Shown here piece after piece: positions 9,600-19,723 of a stretch of DNA of 64,000 nucleotides (positions are counted from its first letter, which is position 1; each line of letters starts with the position of its first letter). The position numbers and the translations under genes are program-made. Source of the DNA: an uncultured Phycisphaerales bacterium (GTDB lineage: Bacteria > Planctomycetota > Phycisphaerae > Tepidisphaerales > Tepidisphaeraceae); contig CAVWLP010000002.1 of the NCBI GenBank assembly GCA_963755915.1, positions 1,184,001-1,248,000 on the forward strand, read 5' to 3'. A model generated the notes under the pieces. The model had not been told where the DNA came from. It saw only the letters and a program-made list of their open reading frames with translations, and searched no databases.

Positions 9600-11557
9600 A
9601 TGCAACCGATTGTGGTGGCTCTGATAAGCAACAGCATTGTGGCGTCATTTTCGTGCGCCGTGGGCGAATTGGCCTGGCGGCTGCGCCGGCCGGCGCTGGG
9701 ACATGCGATCTTCGTTTTGGCGCTTGTGAAGTTGATGACCCCGGCCATCTGGCATGTGCCGCTGCCGAATCTCCCGGTCTCGGCGCGGACGATTTCGACG
9801 ACGCCGGTCCGCGCAATTCCTTCAATGGCGCAAGCCCATCGATCGAGATTGCGTTAGCGAGGCCCGCGATTCGGATGGATTTCGCGGCCGCCATCCCCAT
9901 CGCAAAGCCGCGGACGCCGCAGAAATTCGATTTCGCCCGCGCCTTCGTTGCGGCGTGGGTGTGCGGTTCGACTGCAATCGTGGCAATCGCCTGTGTCCGG
10001 ATGCAGCGGTTTCGGCGCATGGTGAAGGAGGCGCAGCCGGCGGGCGAATGGTTCGAGCGGGAGATTGACGAGGTGGCGCAAAACTCGGAATTCGCCGCCC
10101 GGTCGGCGCGAGGATCATGCCGGTGAACATTTCCCCGATGGTCTGGTTTCTCGGCCGCCGGCCTCTCTTGCTCTTTGGCCCGGAAATCATCGAGGCGGAT
10201 TCAAATTCCCGCAGGGCGGTTGTGGCGCATGAGCTGGCGCATATTCGTCGTGGCGACCACTGGGTGCGGCTGCTGGAGATGCTCGCAACGGTGGTCCTCT
10301 GGTGGCACCCGCTGGTCTGGCTGGCGCGGCATCGGTTGCGCGAGGCGGAGGAAGAGGCTTGCGATGCGTGGGTCGTCTGGGCAATGCCACAAAATAAAAC
10401 CGCATACGCGGATGTACTGGTGGAAATGGTGCGCGAGCTGGTGGGGATTGTTCCCGCCTGTGCGAGCGGATTGGGCGGATTTGGAAGCTTGCAAAGGAGA
10501 CTGGTCATGATCCTGGAAAAAACGCCGAAAAAATCGCTGGGCCCGAGTGGATGGATGGTCCTGTGCGCCCTGGCGGTTTCGCTGCCGCTGGCGGTAACCC
10601 GTCCAAACCGCGTCTCGGCGGCGACGCCCGCCCAATCGGCAACCAATCCAAACGCGCCCGACGACGTGACCAACACCGCGGTCAAGGCCCTGCTGAATGC
10701 GACGCAGGATACCGACCAGCAGGTTGCCCAGGCGGCCCAGACCTCGATCGAGACTTTCGGACCCAAAGCGGTCCCCGTACTGATCGACGGGATGAAAGAC
10801 CCGGTGACAGGCGATGCGTCCCGCGCTTCTGGTGAATATCGGAATCGACGCGGTCGATCCGCTGATCGCGGTCTTAAGTGCCGGCGAGCGCACGCAGCGA
10901 TTGAACGCGCTCTCCGCGCTGACGGCGATCTCATCAAAACTGGACGGCTATACAATACAGCCGATGGGTTCCCCTGTTTTCGCCCCGGCAAATTTCCAGC
11001 CGCCGGGCGCGCCTGCCACGGTTGGCGATGTATATGCGCCGTCGCCGGGTTTCGCGCCACCCAGACCCGCGCAGCCGTCATACGGCTCGCCGTGGGTCGC
11101 GATGCTTCGCTGGCAGCAGCCTCAGGACCCAAAGGCGCGAGGCGCGATAGCGCGGATTGCCTCCGCGGCCGGCACGGCCACCGCCGACCCCGACCGCGAC
11201 ATCCGGCTTCGCGCGACCAGCTTGCTGGCCATCATCGCCGATCACAGCATGGGTGCCGAAGTGATCGACAGGCTGATCAAATTGGTTGGCGACAGCGACG
11301 CCCAGGTGCGCGAAGCGGCCGAGCGCGCCCTGATTTCGCTTGGTCCCAAAGCGGTCAAGGCAGTGCCGGCGCTGACCGCGGCGGCATCGGATCCCCAGAT
11401 CGACGTCCGCGCCGCCTCCATCGCAGCGCTTGGCGCGATCGGCCCGGCAGCGAAGGATGCCACGCCCACGCTCGTCGATGCCCTCAAGGACAGCGATCCC
11501 CAGATCAGAATGCTGGCCGCCCAGGCATTGGGCAAATTGAACGGCAGTGGAAGTTGA
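9600..11557 (+). CDS. BlaR1-like M56 metallopeptidase with C-terminal HEAT repeats (about 3 frameshifts)
   Basis: N-terminal TMs, HELAH zinc motif, WWHPLVW, EEEACD, then HEAT-like repeats (VREAAERAL..LGPKA). Confidence 0.82.
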
Positions 11558-11576
11558 CCGGCCGATTTGGAGTCTA

Positions 11577-12893
11577 TCAGCCGCCGGTCACCCGTTTCAC
11601 AAATTCCTCGCCTCGCTGCTCGAAATTCACGTATTGGTCGAAGCTCTTGAAGCCCGGGCTGAGGAGCACGATGTCTCCTTTGGAGGCGATTTGTCGCGCG
11701 ATGCTCACCGCCGTGGCAAGATCGCCGCAGCGGTAGCTCGCGGCGGCGTTTTGCAGGGAGGATTGCTCCAGCATCTCGGCAATCGCCGGGCCCGTCTGCC
11801 CGATGCAGAGGACCGCCTTAGCACGGGCGACGATCTGGGCACACATCGCCGTGATGGGGATATCCGCCCCGTAGCCGCCGACGATTTGGATCACTTTTTT
11901 GGGCGGGAACGATTCCAGCGCCGCCATCGCGGCATCGGGGATGGTGGCGATCGAATCGTTGTAATAGGCCACACCCGCGATTTCGGCGACGCGCTGAAGC
12001 CGATGCGGGAGACCAGGGAAATCGGACAGTGCGGCTTGAGCCATCGTGAAATCCGCGCCGAAAATTGTGGCGGCGGCGAATGCGGCCTGCGCGTTGAGCT
12101 GGTTGTGCTCGCCGGGGACCAGCAGATCAAATTTCCGGCGATTTTTCAGGCCGAAATAGATGATCCGCCCCGGCGCCTCGGCCGCGAACCCGGCGGCGGG
12201 GGGATTCTCCTCGTTCAGCACCGCCACATCATCGGGTCCCTGAAAGCGGATAATATTATGCTTGGCGTCGATGTACGCCTTCAGCGAGCCGTGCCAGGCG
12301 AGATGGTCGCTGGCAATCATCGTCACGACCGCCACGTGCGGCGAAAAACGCATCTCGCGCAGATGCTCGAGCATGTAGCTGGAGAGTTCAAGCACCACCA
12401 GATCGCTTGCGTTAATCGATTTCAGATCGGCGAGAAGGGATTTGCCGATGTTTCCGCCCACCCATGTTTTCGTGATTCTGGAAAGGATCCGCCCGAGCAT
12501 GGCGGTGGTGGTGGATTTCCCCTTGGTTCCAGTCACACCGATGATTTTTGCGGGGCAGCGTTCGATGAAGAGGCGGATTTCCGTGGTGATCTGTTTCCCC
12601 GCCGCGCGGGCGGCCTGGAGATAGCGGTTGTGCGGCGGAAGCGCGGGCGAAGCGACGACCAGATCAGCCCCGGCGAAGTCGTCCTCGCGATGTTCGTCCA
12701 GCCGGAGCTCAATCGGCAACCCTTCAAGCTGGCGCAACGCATCGGCCAATTTTTCGGCGGGCAACAGATCGGTGACAAGCACTTTCGCGCCCTGCGCACA
12801 AAGCCATTGCGTGACGCCAATGCCGCCGCCGAAGTGGCCGAGTCCCGCGACGGTGACTCGTTTCCCCGCGAGCGTGTCGGGATTCTGGGTCAT
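11577..12893 (-). CDS. murD: UDP-N-acetylmuramoyl-L-alanine--D-glutamate ligase
   Basis: GVTGTKGKSTT, ELSSYML, PHRL, NDSIAT and LLSPGFKSFDQY motifs. Confidence 0.95.
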   Translation of the reverse strand: MTQNPDTLAGKRVTVAGLGHFGGGIGVTQWLCAQGAKVLVTDLLPAEKLADALRQLEGLPIELRLDEHREDDFAGADLVVASPALPPHNRYLQAARAAGKQITTEIRLFIERCPAKIIGVTGTKGKSTTTAMLGRILSRITKTWVGGNIGKSLLADLKSINASDLVVLELSSYMLEHLREMRFSPHVAVVTMIASDHLAWHGSLKAYIDAKHNIIRFQGPDDVAVLNEENPPAAGFAAEAPGRIIYFGLKNRRKFDLLVPGEHNQLNAQAAFAAATIFGADFTMAQAALSDFPGLPHRLQRVAEIAGVAYYNDSIATIPDAAMAALESFPPKKVIQIVGGYGADIPITAMCAQIVARAKAVLCIGQTGPAIAEMLEQSSLQNAAASYRCGDLATAVSIARQIASKGDIVLLSPGFKSFDQYVNFEQRGEEFVKRVTGG

Positions 12894-12917
12894 TTGCGGC
12901 CGATTATATGACGCGGC

Positions 12918-13847
12918 TCACCCGATGACCCGCTGAATGTCGCGCTTCATATCCCCTATGGCCGCTTCGATGCATTTACGCCAGTCTTTCCCGAATTGCG
13001 ACGAATATTTCGGCTCGGCATGCGCGTAAAGGATGCTCCGGCTTGCCGAGACGAACGCCCCCCGGCCATCTTTGAAGGCGGCACGCGTCATCTCCGCCGT
13101 CGCCCCCTGCACGCCATAACCGGGCAGCAGGAATATCGATTGGGGCAGCAGCCGGCGGAGGCTTTCGATCGTATGCGGATGGGTCGCCCCGACGACCGCG
13201 CCAATGCTGCTGAACCCGCGCGTGCCAACCAGCGCGCGATCCGCAGCCAGTAAGGCGAGCTTTTGGGCAAGCATTTCCGACCAGGTCTGGCCGGTTTCCA
13301 GTTTCACATCCTGAAGCTCGGCCGAGCCGGGATTGCTGGTGCGGACCAGCACGAAGATGCCGCGCGAAAAATCTTTGGCCGCCTGAATAAACGGCTGAAG
13401 CGTGTCCAGGCCGAGCATGGGATTGACGGTGATCGCATCCGGCGTGGCGATTTCGTCGTCGCCCGTCTGCTCGGCGAGATGTCCCGCTGCGTACGCCGTC
13501 GCGGTCGAGCCGATGTCCCCCCGCTTCACGTCCCCGATCACCAGCAGGCCCAGCGCCTTGGCCTCCTGGATCAGGCTGTAATACGCCTCCACCCCCTCCC
13601 AGAGATACTTTTCGAAATAGGCCGATTGGAATTTGACGATCGGGACGTGCGCGGCAACGACTTTCAGCACACTGGTCGTAAAGTCGAAAATAGCATCCAC
13701 CGCCGCCTGCGGCTCATCGTCGCGGGAAATAAATTTCGCGCGGATTTCTTCGGGAATTGATTCAAGAACCGGGTCGATGCCCACACAAATCGGCGCCTGC
13801 TTTTGGTCGATCGCATCCAGCAGGCGGTCGCAGAAAAGTTCAGACAT
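12918..13847 (-). CDS. pyrF: orotidine-5'-phosphate decarboxylase
   Basis: CVGIDP, DVKRGDIGST, VRTSNP, LLPGYGVQG and SASRSILY motifs. Confidence 0.95.
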   Translation of the reverse strand: MSELFCDRLLDAIDQKQAPICVGIDPVLESIPEEIRAKFISRDDEPQAAVDAIFDFTTSVLKVVAAHVPIVKFQSAYFEKYLWEGVEAYYSLIQEAKALGLLVIGDVKRGDIGSTATAYAAGHLAEQTGDDEIATPDAITVNPMLGLDTLQPFIQAAKDFSRGIFVLVRTSNPGSAELQDVKLETGQTWSEMLAQKLALLAADRALVGTRGFSSIGAVVGATHPHTIESLRRLLPQSIFLLPGYGVQGATAEMTRAAFKDGRGAFVSASRSILYAHAEPKYSSQFGKDWRKCIEAAIGDMKRDIQRVIG

Positions 13848-13853
13848 AGTTGT

Positions 13854-14300
13854 CTATTTCTCGGGGCTTTCCGCGGGACGCGAAAGCATTCCGCGAAGTT
13901 CGTCCAGGTCGGCGCCGCTGCGCTGGAGAATTTCCACGACGGCGGTTTCGCCTTCCTCAAGCAGCGTCAGCAGGAGGAACCGCGTGGAAACAACCGCCGC
14001 CCCCGTGGCCTGCGCCTCGGAGATCGCCGTGTTGATCGCCCGCTGCGCCTTGGGCGACAGCGGCAGCCGCCCCGTCACAACCACCTGCTGCGCCTCCCTC
14101 GGCAATGCCCCGCTCAGACGGGAGAGCAACTGGTCGATGTTCGTTTCGGCTTGAAGGGCCTTAAACGCATCCCCCGATTTTCCCGTGATGATACCCAGCA
14201 GCAGATGTTCCGTTCCGACAAAATCCTTGCCCAGCCGGCGCGCCTGCTCGTCGGCGTGAAGAAGCGCGGCGGAAAGCGTTTCGGTGAATCCCGGTCGCAT
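13854..14300 (-). CDS. stand-alone Clp protease N-terminal (repeat) domain protein
   Basis: A..EARRLG..FVGTEHLLLGI and LPLSPKAQRAI repeats; no ATPase domain. Confidence 0.85.
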   Translation of the reverse strand: MRPGFTETLSAALLHADEQARRLGKDFVGTEHLLLGIITGKSGDAFKALQAETNIDQLLSRLSGALPREAQQVVVTGRLPLSPKAQRAINTAISEAQATGAAVVSTRFLLLTLLEEGETAVVEILQRSGADLDELRGMLSRPAESPEK

Positions 14301-14351
14301 GGCAGGGATCATAACGACCGGCGGCGGTTAAGACGAATGGCGGGGTTGGAT

Positions 14352-14996
14352 TCAACGGGTGGATTGAGTCGAGGCTTGTTGGATCGTCCCGCATTCCGGG
14401 CATTTCTCCGGCGTCGCCCGCAAATCGTAACCGCAGACAGGGCAATGGCCTTCTTTCGGTTTTTTCGAAAGGCGGCGACGAAGGGCAAGGACAATCCAAA
14501 CCGCCGGCAGCAACGCCAGAATTGGGCTGGCCGTAGATAACGGTATATAAACGATGGAAATCGAGAGGGGGCTTCCTGGCCACGGCGGAAACCCGCTGGC
14601 GATGTGAATCGGCATGTCCCAGGTCTGCGGCGATTTGCCGGAATTCGATCCGAAGGGAGCCAAACTAACCGCGCCCGAAAGCAACTCAACTCCGGCACGC
14701 GTTGAGCTGGTAAAACTATTTACCCAAACGGCGGATGGCGGCATCGCAACGAAGGCGGGGCTGAACTCGTGAATTCGGATCCCCAGGGCCGGATGAGGCG
14801 CATTGAGCCACGGACGCATCCAGGCGAAACTCATCACAGGATTGCGGATCATGACCCGCCAGACGTTGGACCCGGGCGTGAGAATCGACATCATTGCGAT
14901 ATCGCCGGGAAACAGGTTGGGCAGCAGGCTCGCGGCACACAGAAGGGCCGATAAACCAGCGGAAACCCCGAAGATCAATCGGCAAACGCGTTTCAC
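14352..14996 (-). CDS. membrane protein with C-terminal CxxCGYDLR..CPECG zinc ribbon
   Basis: Two hydrophobic segments; ends GHCPVCGYDLRATPEKCPECG. Confidence 0.75.
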   Translation of the reverse strand: MKRVCRLIFGVSAGLSALLCAASLLPNLFPGDIAMMSILTPGSNVWRVMIRNPVMSFAWMRPWLNAPHPALGIRIHEFSPAFVAMPPSAVWVNSFTSSTRAGVELLSGAVSLAPFGSNSGKSPQTWDMPIHIASGFPPWPGSPLSISIVYIPLSTASPILALLPAVWIVLALRRRLSKKPKEGHCPVCGYDLRATPEKCPECGTIQQASTQSTR

Positions 14997-15110
14997 GCCC
15001 CAATTGTAACGGGCCGCGATGCGTCCAAGACGCTGACACCCCCTCTGTCGCACCAAAACCCATTTGACATCCCGCCATCGGTCAAGATACTCATCGGGCC
15101 GCCGGCGGAT

Positions 15111-16217
15111 GTGTTCAGCGTGAAAACTGCCTTACTGCCTATTTTTCTGGGATTGCTGCTGCTTTCCGGATGTCACTCCGAAAGCCCCTCCGCGGCCCAA
15201 CCGGACATTGCGCCGGTCGTTGAAAATCCGGACAACGAGATCGTCGCCTCCGTGCATGGCGCCGTGGTTACTCGCGGCGAGCTCATGCCCGTCCTGGTTG
15301 ATGGCTACGGACTGAACGTATTGCTGGCCCTGGTGCAGCTCGATCTGGCCCGCCAGGCCGCGGCCGAGCAACATCTGCGCGTCACCGACGACGACATCCA
15401 GAAGGAACGGGCCATTACCATGGACAGCCTGCGCAAGGCCACCCAGCAGATGGAAAACAACGGCCAGCCGACGACGGAGCCGGAAAATCTGACCGACCTT
15501 CAGGAAGACCAGCTTCTGGATCAACTGCTGTTGCAGCAGCGGGTAAGCCGGGCGGAGTTCAACGTGATTCTCGAGGTCAACGCCAACTTGCGCAAGATTG
15601 CCGAGCCGATCGTCGAGGCCAGCCTCACCGACGACCGCGTGCGCCAGCAGTTCAATGCCATGTACGGCGAAAAAGTGCTCGTGCGATACATACAATGCAA
15701 CAACATGATGGAGATCGCTGATATTCGCCGTCAGCTCGCCTCAGGCAAAAGCTTCGAGGACGTGATCCGCATCTGGAACACCACCCATCCCGGCACGCCC
15801 GCGGGGGGAGAACTCGGGCCGTTTTCCTTCCAGGATTTGAATTACCCCTCTGAGATCAAGCAGGTCGCCTTCGAACTGAAGCCGGGAGAGATTTCCGACC
15901 CCGTGCAGTACAAGCAGTACCTCTTTCTTTTTCAGTTGATCAATCGAATTCCTCCCGCACACGCCCGGTTTGAAGATTATCGCGATTCGGTGCGCAAGGA
16001 GCTCTTCTTCAGTCTGGTGCAGGCGAAGATCGGCTCGCTGCGCAACGATTTAGCCGGCGAAGCGATGTCCTCGCTTCAGATTCGCGACCCCGTTTTGGCG
16101 CGACAATGGGCCAATCGCCTGGCGAGCAATGGTGGGAATATTCAGAACCAGGCGCAGATACGCCAGGAACTGGACAAACTGCACGCGCCGGCGACCATGC
16201 CGGCCGCAGCGCCATAA
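15111..16217 (+). CDS. PrsA/SurA-like peptidyl-prolyl isomerase lipoprotein
   Basis: Lipobox LSGC; parvulin-like G.SFE, GGELG and AF.LKPGEIS.PV motifs. Confidence 0.8.
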   Translation: MFSVKTALLPIFLGLLLLSGCHSESPSAAQPDIAPVVENPDNEIVASVHGAVVTRGELMPVLVDGYGLNVLLALVQLDLARQAAAEQHLRVTDDDIQKERAITMDSLRKATQQMENNGQPTTEPENLTDLQEDQLLDQLLLQQRVSRAEFNVILEVNANLRKIAEPIVEASLTDDRVRQQFNAMYGEKVLVRYIQCNNMMEIADIRRQLASGKSFEDVIRIWNTTHPGTPAGGELGPFSFQDLNYPSEIKQVAFELKPGEISDPVQYKQYLFLFQLINRIPPAHARFEDYRDSVRKELFFSLVQAKIGSLRNDLAGEAMSSLQIRDPVLARQWANRLASNGGNIQNQAQIRQELDKLHAPATMPAAAP

Positions 16218-16306
16218 GATGCTGCGTCACCGGCAGTTATATCAAATCTGTAAATCGTAAGCTCTACGCATATTCCCGTCGTTTTTCGTTACAATTGAGG
16301 CGTTCT

Positions 16307-17537
16307 ATGAACAACCAACCATTTAAAGTGGACGTGTCACCGCGAATTCTGCGGCTCCCGCCTTATCTGTTCGGGCGGATCAACCGGATGAAGTATGAGA
16401 AGCGGGTCGCCAATATCGACATCATCGATCTGGGCATGGGCAACCCCACCGATCCGACTCCGGATTCGGTCGTCAAAAAGCTCGCCGAGGCCGCGCACGA
16501 TCCGCGCAACCATCGCTACAGCGTCAGCAACGGCGTCGCCGGTTTGCGCAAAGAGGTCGCAAAAAAATATCGAGGCCAAATACGGCGTCCACCTCGATCC
16601 GGAAACGGAAGTGATCGCCACCATCGGCAGCAAAGAGGGCTTCAGCCACCTCTGCCTCGCCCTGCTTGGTCCGGGCGACACCGCCATCGTTCCCGATCCC
16701 GCCTTTCCGATTCACATCTACGCCGTCGCCATGGCCGGGGCGAATGTGATTCGCGTTCCCCTTGGCAACGATCAGGCATTTCCTCGCCCGCATCGAGAAA
16801 ATGATCGAAGGCCTCTACCCGACGCCCAAGCTGCTGATTCTAAATTACCCGCACAACCCCACGGCCATGACCATCGACCCCGATTTCTGGGACCGCGCCA
16901 TCGCCATGTGCCGGCGGCATGGGATCATGATCATCAGCGATTTCGCCTACGGCGAAGTCTGCTTCGACGGCTACAAAGCCCCCAGCTTCCTCGCCGCCGC
17001 CGGGGCAAAAGACCTTGGCGTCGAATTCACCACCATGTCCAAGAGCTACAACATGGCCGGCTGGCGAATCGGATTCTGCGCCGGAAATTCCGAGATGGTC
17101 AAGGCCCTCGCCACCATCAAGGGATATTACGACTACGGCATTTTCGCCCCCATCCAGATCGCCAGCATCATCGCCATGCGCGAGCATGCCGACGTGCCCG
17201 CGCAAGCAGAGCAAGATCTACGAGAAGCGCCGCAACGTGGTCTGCCGCGGCCTCGACAAACTCGGCTGGACCTACGAAAAGCCGCGGGCCAGCATGTTCG
17301 TCTGGGCGAAGATCAAGCACGAGCACCTGAAGGGGCAGGGGACGATCGATTTCTGCCTCCGCATGATGGACGAGGCCCAGCGTCGCCCTCGCCCCCGGCC
17401 GGGCGTTCGGCGAAAACGGCGAGAATTATGTCCGCATCGCCCTGGTAGAAAACGAGCAGCGCCTGAAGCAGGCCATGCAGAACCTGGAGACCGCCCTGGT
17501 CCCCCGCGTCCCCAAGGCCAAGCGCCAAAAAGTTTAG
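16307..17537 (+). CDS. PLP-dependent class I/II aminotransferase (AlaC/LL-DAP-like), several frameshifts
   Basis: DLGMGNP, IGSKEG, NYPHNPT, SDFAY and [13 protein letters not shown] motifs distributed across frames. Confidence 0.85.
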
Positions 17538-17560
17538 CCACGACCCGAAGGGGAGCGCTT
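17533..17560. repeat. REP-like family B (GTTTAGCCGCGACCCG(A/C)AGGG..GCGCT)
   Basis: Copies at about 18245-18276, 22841-22873, 37625-37658, 40172-40201 and 63201-63232 (reverse); variant at 33577-33610. Confidence 0.8.
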
Positions 17561-17589
17561 GGTTGGAATCCCGCGATAAGGACTTTGCC

Positions 17590-17923
17590 ATGAAGGCGAA
17601 AGAATTTTTCCTCGCCGGCGTGCGATTGATAGGCTTCTGGACCATCGTCGAAGGCGTTCAGGAACTCTCGTATTATGTCGAAACGCACTTGGGATACCTT
17701 CACAGCAATGCAACCGAATACGGCTACCTGGTGCACGCCACGGTTGCGATTGTTACCGGCGCGGGCCTCATCATCTGCTCCCGCGAGCTAGCCAATATGT
17801 TCTCCTGGTTCGACCCCGAGCAACTCGCGCGAATGCCAGAAATGCGGCTACGATCTTCGCGGCGGCCAGGAAATCTGCCCGGAGTGTGGAACCCCGGCGA
17901 CGGCCGAATCGGCGAAAAAATAG
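17590..17923 (+). CDS. small 2-TM protein with C-terminal zinc ribbon, frameshifted near 17825
   Basis: An alternate frame from 17831 reads ECQKCGYDLRGGQEICPECGTPATAESAKK*. Confidence 0.7.
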
Positions 17924-18035
17924 CCGCCCGAAATAAAATCGTACTTCGAGCGTTTGTGATTGTTAACGCGGGGTACGATCCAGGCCGGGCGGCGGTGCTG
18001 GATCCGCGCGGGAATTTATTTCGAGGGTACACCCG

Positions 18036-18164
18036 ATGCGTAAGCTACTGATTCTGGCGGCACTTGCATTCTTTGGAGTTTCGACCCTGGCGGCGACGCC
18101 TTCGATGGCGTGCAGCGGCCACCATCATCACCATCACAAGCATCATTCCTCAACGCAGTCCTAA
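18036..18164 (+). CDS. 42-aa secreted histidine-rich peptide (below the ORF-track cutoff)
   Basis: MRKLLILAALAFFGVSTLAATPSMA-CSGHHHHHHKHHSSTQS*; GAGGG RBS-like sequence upstream. Confidence 0.72.
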   Translation: MRKLLILAALAFFGVSTLAATPSMACSGHHHHHHKHHSSTQS

Positions 18165-18392
18165 ATGGATTGCATAAGAGCCCCCGCCCTCGCCCCTCCC
18201 CCGGAGTACCAGGGGAGGGGGTGGTTTCGTGCGCGCCGCTCTTCCCGTTTAGCCGCGACCCGAAGGGAAGCGCTTTCCAGCCTCCTCCCGAATCGCAGGC
18301 GCCCATTCAGACCCTAATTCCAATTGCCCCTCCCCCAAATTGCGAGTAATGTCCTTCCGCTTCGCGGAGGCGGTCGGTTTCCGACTGGTGCA

Positions 18393-19721
18393 ATGAAAAA
18401 TTACCATTGGCTCGCGGCGGCGATAACCTTCATTTCATGCTGGGGGTGTTTACGGCCGCAGGGACAGGCTTCCATGCAGACGCCCAGCGCCGGGCCCATC
18501 GCGACCCAACCCACGACCCGCCGCATCGAAAACCACGATGAGGGGCGAGCCTGGTATTGGGTCCTCCCCGATCCGTTCAAGCTCAACGACGGCGAAATCG
18601 TCAAGGATTCGCAAATCTGGTTTTCACGGCGCAGGCCGGAAATTCTCGGCGCGTTTGAGCACGAGATTTATGGCCGCGCCCCGGGCCGCCCTGAGGGGGA
18701 ATCGTTCGAAGTCGTCGAGACCGGCCACGCGTTTGGCGGCACCGCAATTCGCAAACAGATCGTCGTGCACTTGGGACCGTCGGCGGAAAATAAACACTTT
18801 AATGCGGTGCTCTACCTCCCCGCCGGCGCGACCAAACCTTTGCCGGTGATTCTTTGCTTCAGCTTCTATCCCCTTCAGTGGGCCACGCAGGACCCGGCCG
18901 TGAAAATGCAATATGACTGGGACCTGAGCACGCATCGGGTTCCCGCGAAAAATAATCCCGACATCGCCAAGTCGTTTCACATCGACTGGGTCCTGGCCCA
19001 CGGCTATGGCATCGCGATCATCTATTACCAGCAGATCGATCCCGACTCCGCCGGCGGCCTGCCATACGGCATTCGCGCGGCCTATCTCGCGCCGGGCGAA
19101 ACCAAGCCGCACCCCGACGAGTGGGGCACCATTTCCGCCTGGGCCTGGGGTGCCAGCCGGACGCTCGATTATCTCCAGACCGACCCGCAGGTGGACGGCA
19201 GCCGGGTGGCGATCATGGGCCATTCGCGCCTCGGCAAAACGGCGCTCTGGACCGGCGCCATCGACCCGCGCTTCGCGATGGTCATCGCATGTAGCTCCGG
19301 CCGCGGCGGCGCGTCGCTGGCCAGGCGCAATTACGGGGAATCCATCGGCGACCTCGCCCAAAGATTCTCCTGGCAGTTTTGCGGCAACTTCCAGAAATTT
19401 GCCCATCACGAAACGGACATGCCGGTGGATTCACACGAGCTGATCGGATTGATCGCCCCGCGGCCGATTTTCCTCGCCACCGCGAGCCTCGATCTCCATT
19501 CCGACCCCATGGGCGAATGGGACGCCGCCGTCGCCGCCGGCCCCATTTACGAAATGCTCGGCAAGCGCGGGCTCGAAGCCGTGTCGCCGCCGCCGCTTGA
19601 TGTGGCGATCATGCACGACATTGGCTATCACTGTCACACCGGAAAACACGAGGTGACACCCCTGGATTGGCAGCACATCCTCCAATTCGCCGACCTGCAT
19701 TTCGGTTCGCCAAAGGGATAA
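18393..19721 (+). CDS. CE15-like (glucuronoyl/acetyl) esterase, alpha/beta hydrolase
   Basis: AWAWGASR, GHSRLGK nucleophile elbow and PVDSHELIGLIAPRP motifs; signal peptide. Confidence 0.85.
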   Translation: MKNYHWLAAAITFISCWGCLRPQGQASMQTPSAGPIATQPTTRRIENHDEGRAWYWVLPDPFKLNDGEIVKDSQIWFSRRRPEILGAFEHEIYGRAPGRPEGESFEVVETGHAFGGTAIRKQIVVHLGPSAENKHFNAVLYLPAGATKPLPVILCFSFYPLQWATQDPAVKMQYDWDLSTHRVPAKNNPDIAKSFHIDWVLAHGYGIAIIYYQQIDPDSAGGLPYGIRAAYLAPGETKPHPDEWGTISAWAWGASRTLDYLQTDPQVDGSRVAIMGHSRLGKTALWTGAIDPRFAMVIACSSGRGGASLARRNYGESIGDLAQRFSWQFCGNFQKFAHHETDMPVDSHELIGLIAPRPIFLATASLDLHSDPMGEWDAAVAAGPIYEMLGKRGLEAVSPPPLDVAIMHDIGYHCHTGKHEVTPLDWQHILQFADLHFGSPKG

Positions 19722-19723
19722 CT

